DNA of 63,221 bases, counting the filler, from Bigelowiella natans CCMP2755 (taxonomy: Eukaryota > Protista > Cercozoa), in the NCBI GenBank assembly GCA_000320545.1. It is 5 parts of 5 records of this genome, joined end to end, with 100 filler letters (N's around TTAATTAATTAA, not from the genome) between each part and the next. Parts side by side here need not be neighbours in the genome. Positions count along the whole stretch, not along the records: positions 59,566 to 63,221 come from ADNK01001616.1; 4 more parts are not named here. The stretch is one strand, 5' to 3'. The notes beneath the pieces are model-generated. The model worked only from the letters and a program-made list of their open reading frames with translations. It made no database searches and was not told the DNA's origin. Both the position numbers and the translations under genes were made by a program. Positions 62,801 through 63,221 of the stretch are shown here, one piece after another; the stretch's first letter is position 1; the number at the start of each line of letters is the position of its first letter.

Positions 62801-62927
62801 GCGTGTCGACAGCAACAACGCTCGCGGCTGTCCTGGGCGCGCAGAAAACACGCCCATCGTTTGCTGTAGAACATGTTGAGTACATGCGTTGTCCATTGAG
62901 GCTTGAAACGGTGTCGGACAGTTGCAC
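59892..62927 (-). CDS. Beta-propeller repeat protein with a Ser/Thr/Pro-rich (PTASP) stalk, probably cell-surface; both ends missing
   Basis: Repeats of ~42 aa with consensus A-x-DG-x-IY-x-x-PY-x-A-x-x-VL-x-IDP-x-x-NT (e.g. NDGRVFCAPRTAASVVAVDT, GDGIIYAAPYNAERVLAIDP, GDGRIYAVPYDASRVLVMDP, GNGHLFAAPLGSDYSLEIDP). They are followed by SPTSASPVTAMPTSAPSQAPTGSP repeats. Confidence 0.78.
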
Positions 62928-63027
62928 AACGATTGGATGTCGATGTCCTTTAGAAGAAGGGATAGATCAGCGCAATGTGGAAGCATAGGAGAGAAGATGC
63001 AAGAGCAGTGCAAAATGAGCACAAGTG

Positions 63028-63198
<171 letters not shown>

Positions 63199-63221
63199 GA
63201 GAGAGAGAGCGCGCGCGCGAG

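Overview
Eukaryotic nuclear DNA from an intron-rich, microsatellite-rich protist. It is most likely a secondary-plastid alga such as a chlorarachniophyte, inferred from the signal-plus-transit leader on a fibrillin and a heterotrimeric G-protein beta subunit. Five contigs are joined by artificial 100-bp N44-TTAATTAATTAA-N44 linkers, so adjacency across linkers is not biological evidence. Manual exon stitching supports about 20 spliced genes: a GNAT, a bacterial-type tRNA 2-selenouridine synthase (MnmH/SelU), an Arf-like GTPase, an intronless 2-TM Cys-rich orphan, a GT11-like glycosyltransferase, kinesin-7, G-beta, a degenerate PIP5K-like protein, a type II PI4K, an HPPD-like dioxygenase, a Rieske protein, a CPA1 Na+/H+ exchanger, an MFS transporter, a PAP-fibrillin, a mitochondrial 2Fe-2S ferredoxin, a beta-propeller/mucin-stalk protein and several hypotheticals. 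Main highlights: (1) two tandem copies of a candidate H/ACA snoRNA in a selU intron, whose two pockets match conserved 18S rRNA uridines; (2) a SelU with an organelle-type leader; (3) near-strict head-to-head gene pairing, with pairs separated by CpG-poor spacers full of CTAG/TGCA/CATG; (4) a PIP5K-like pseudokinase sitting between G-beta and PI4K. All exon boundaries were read by eye and are approximate.
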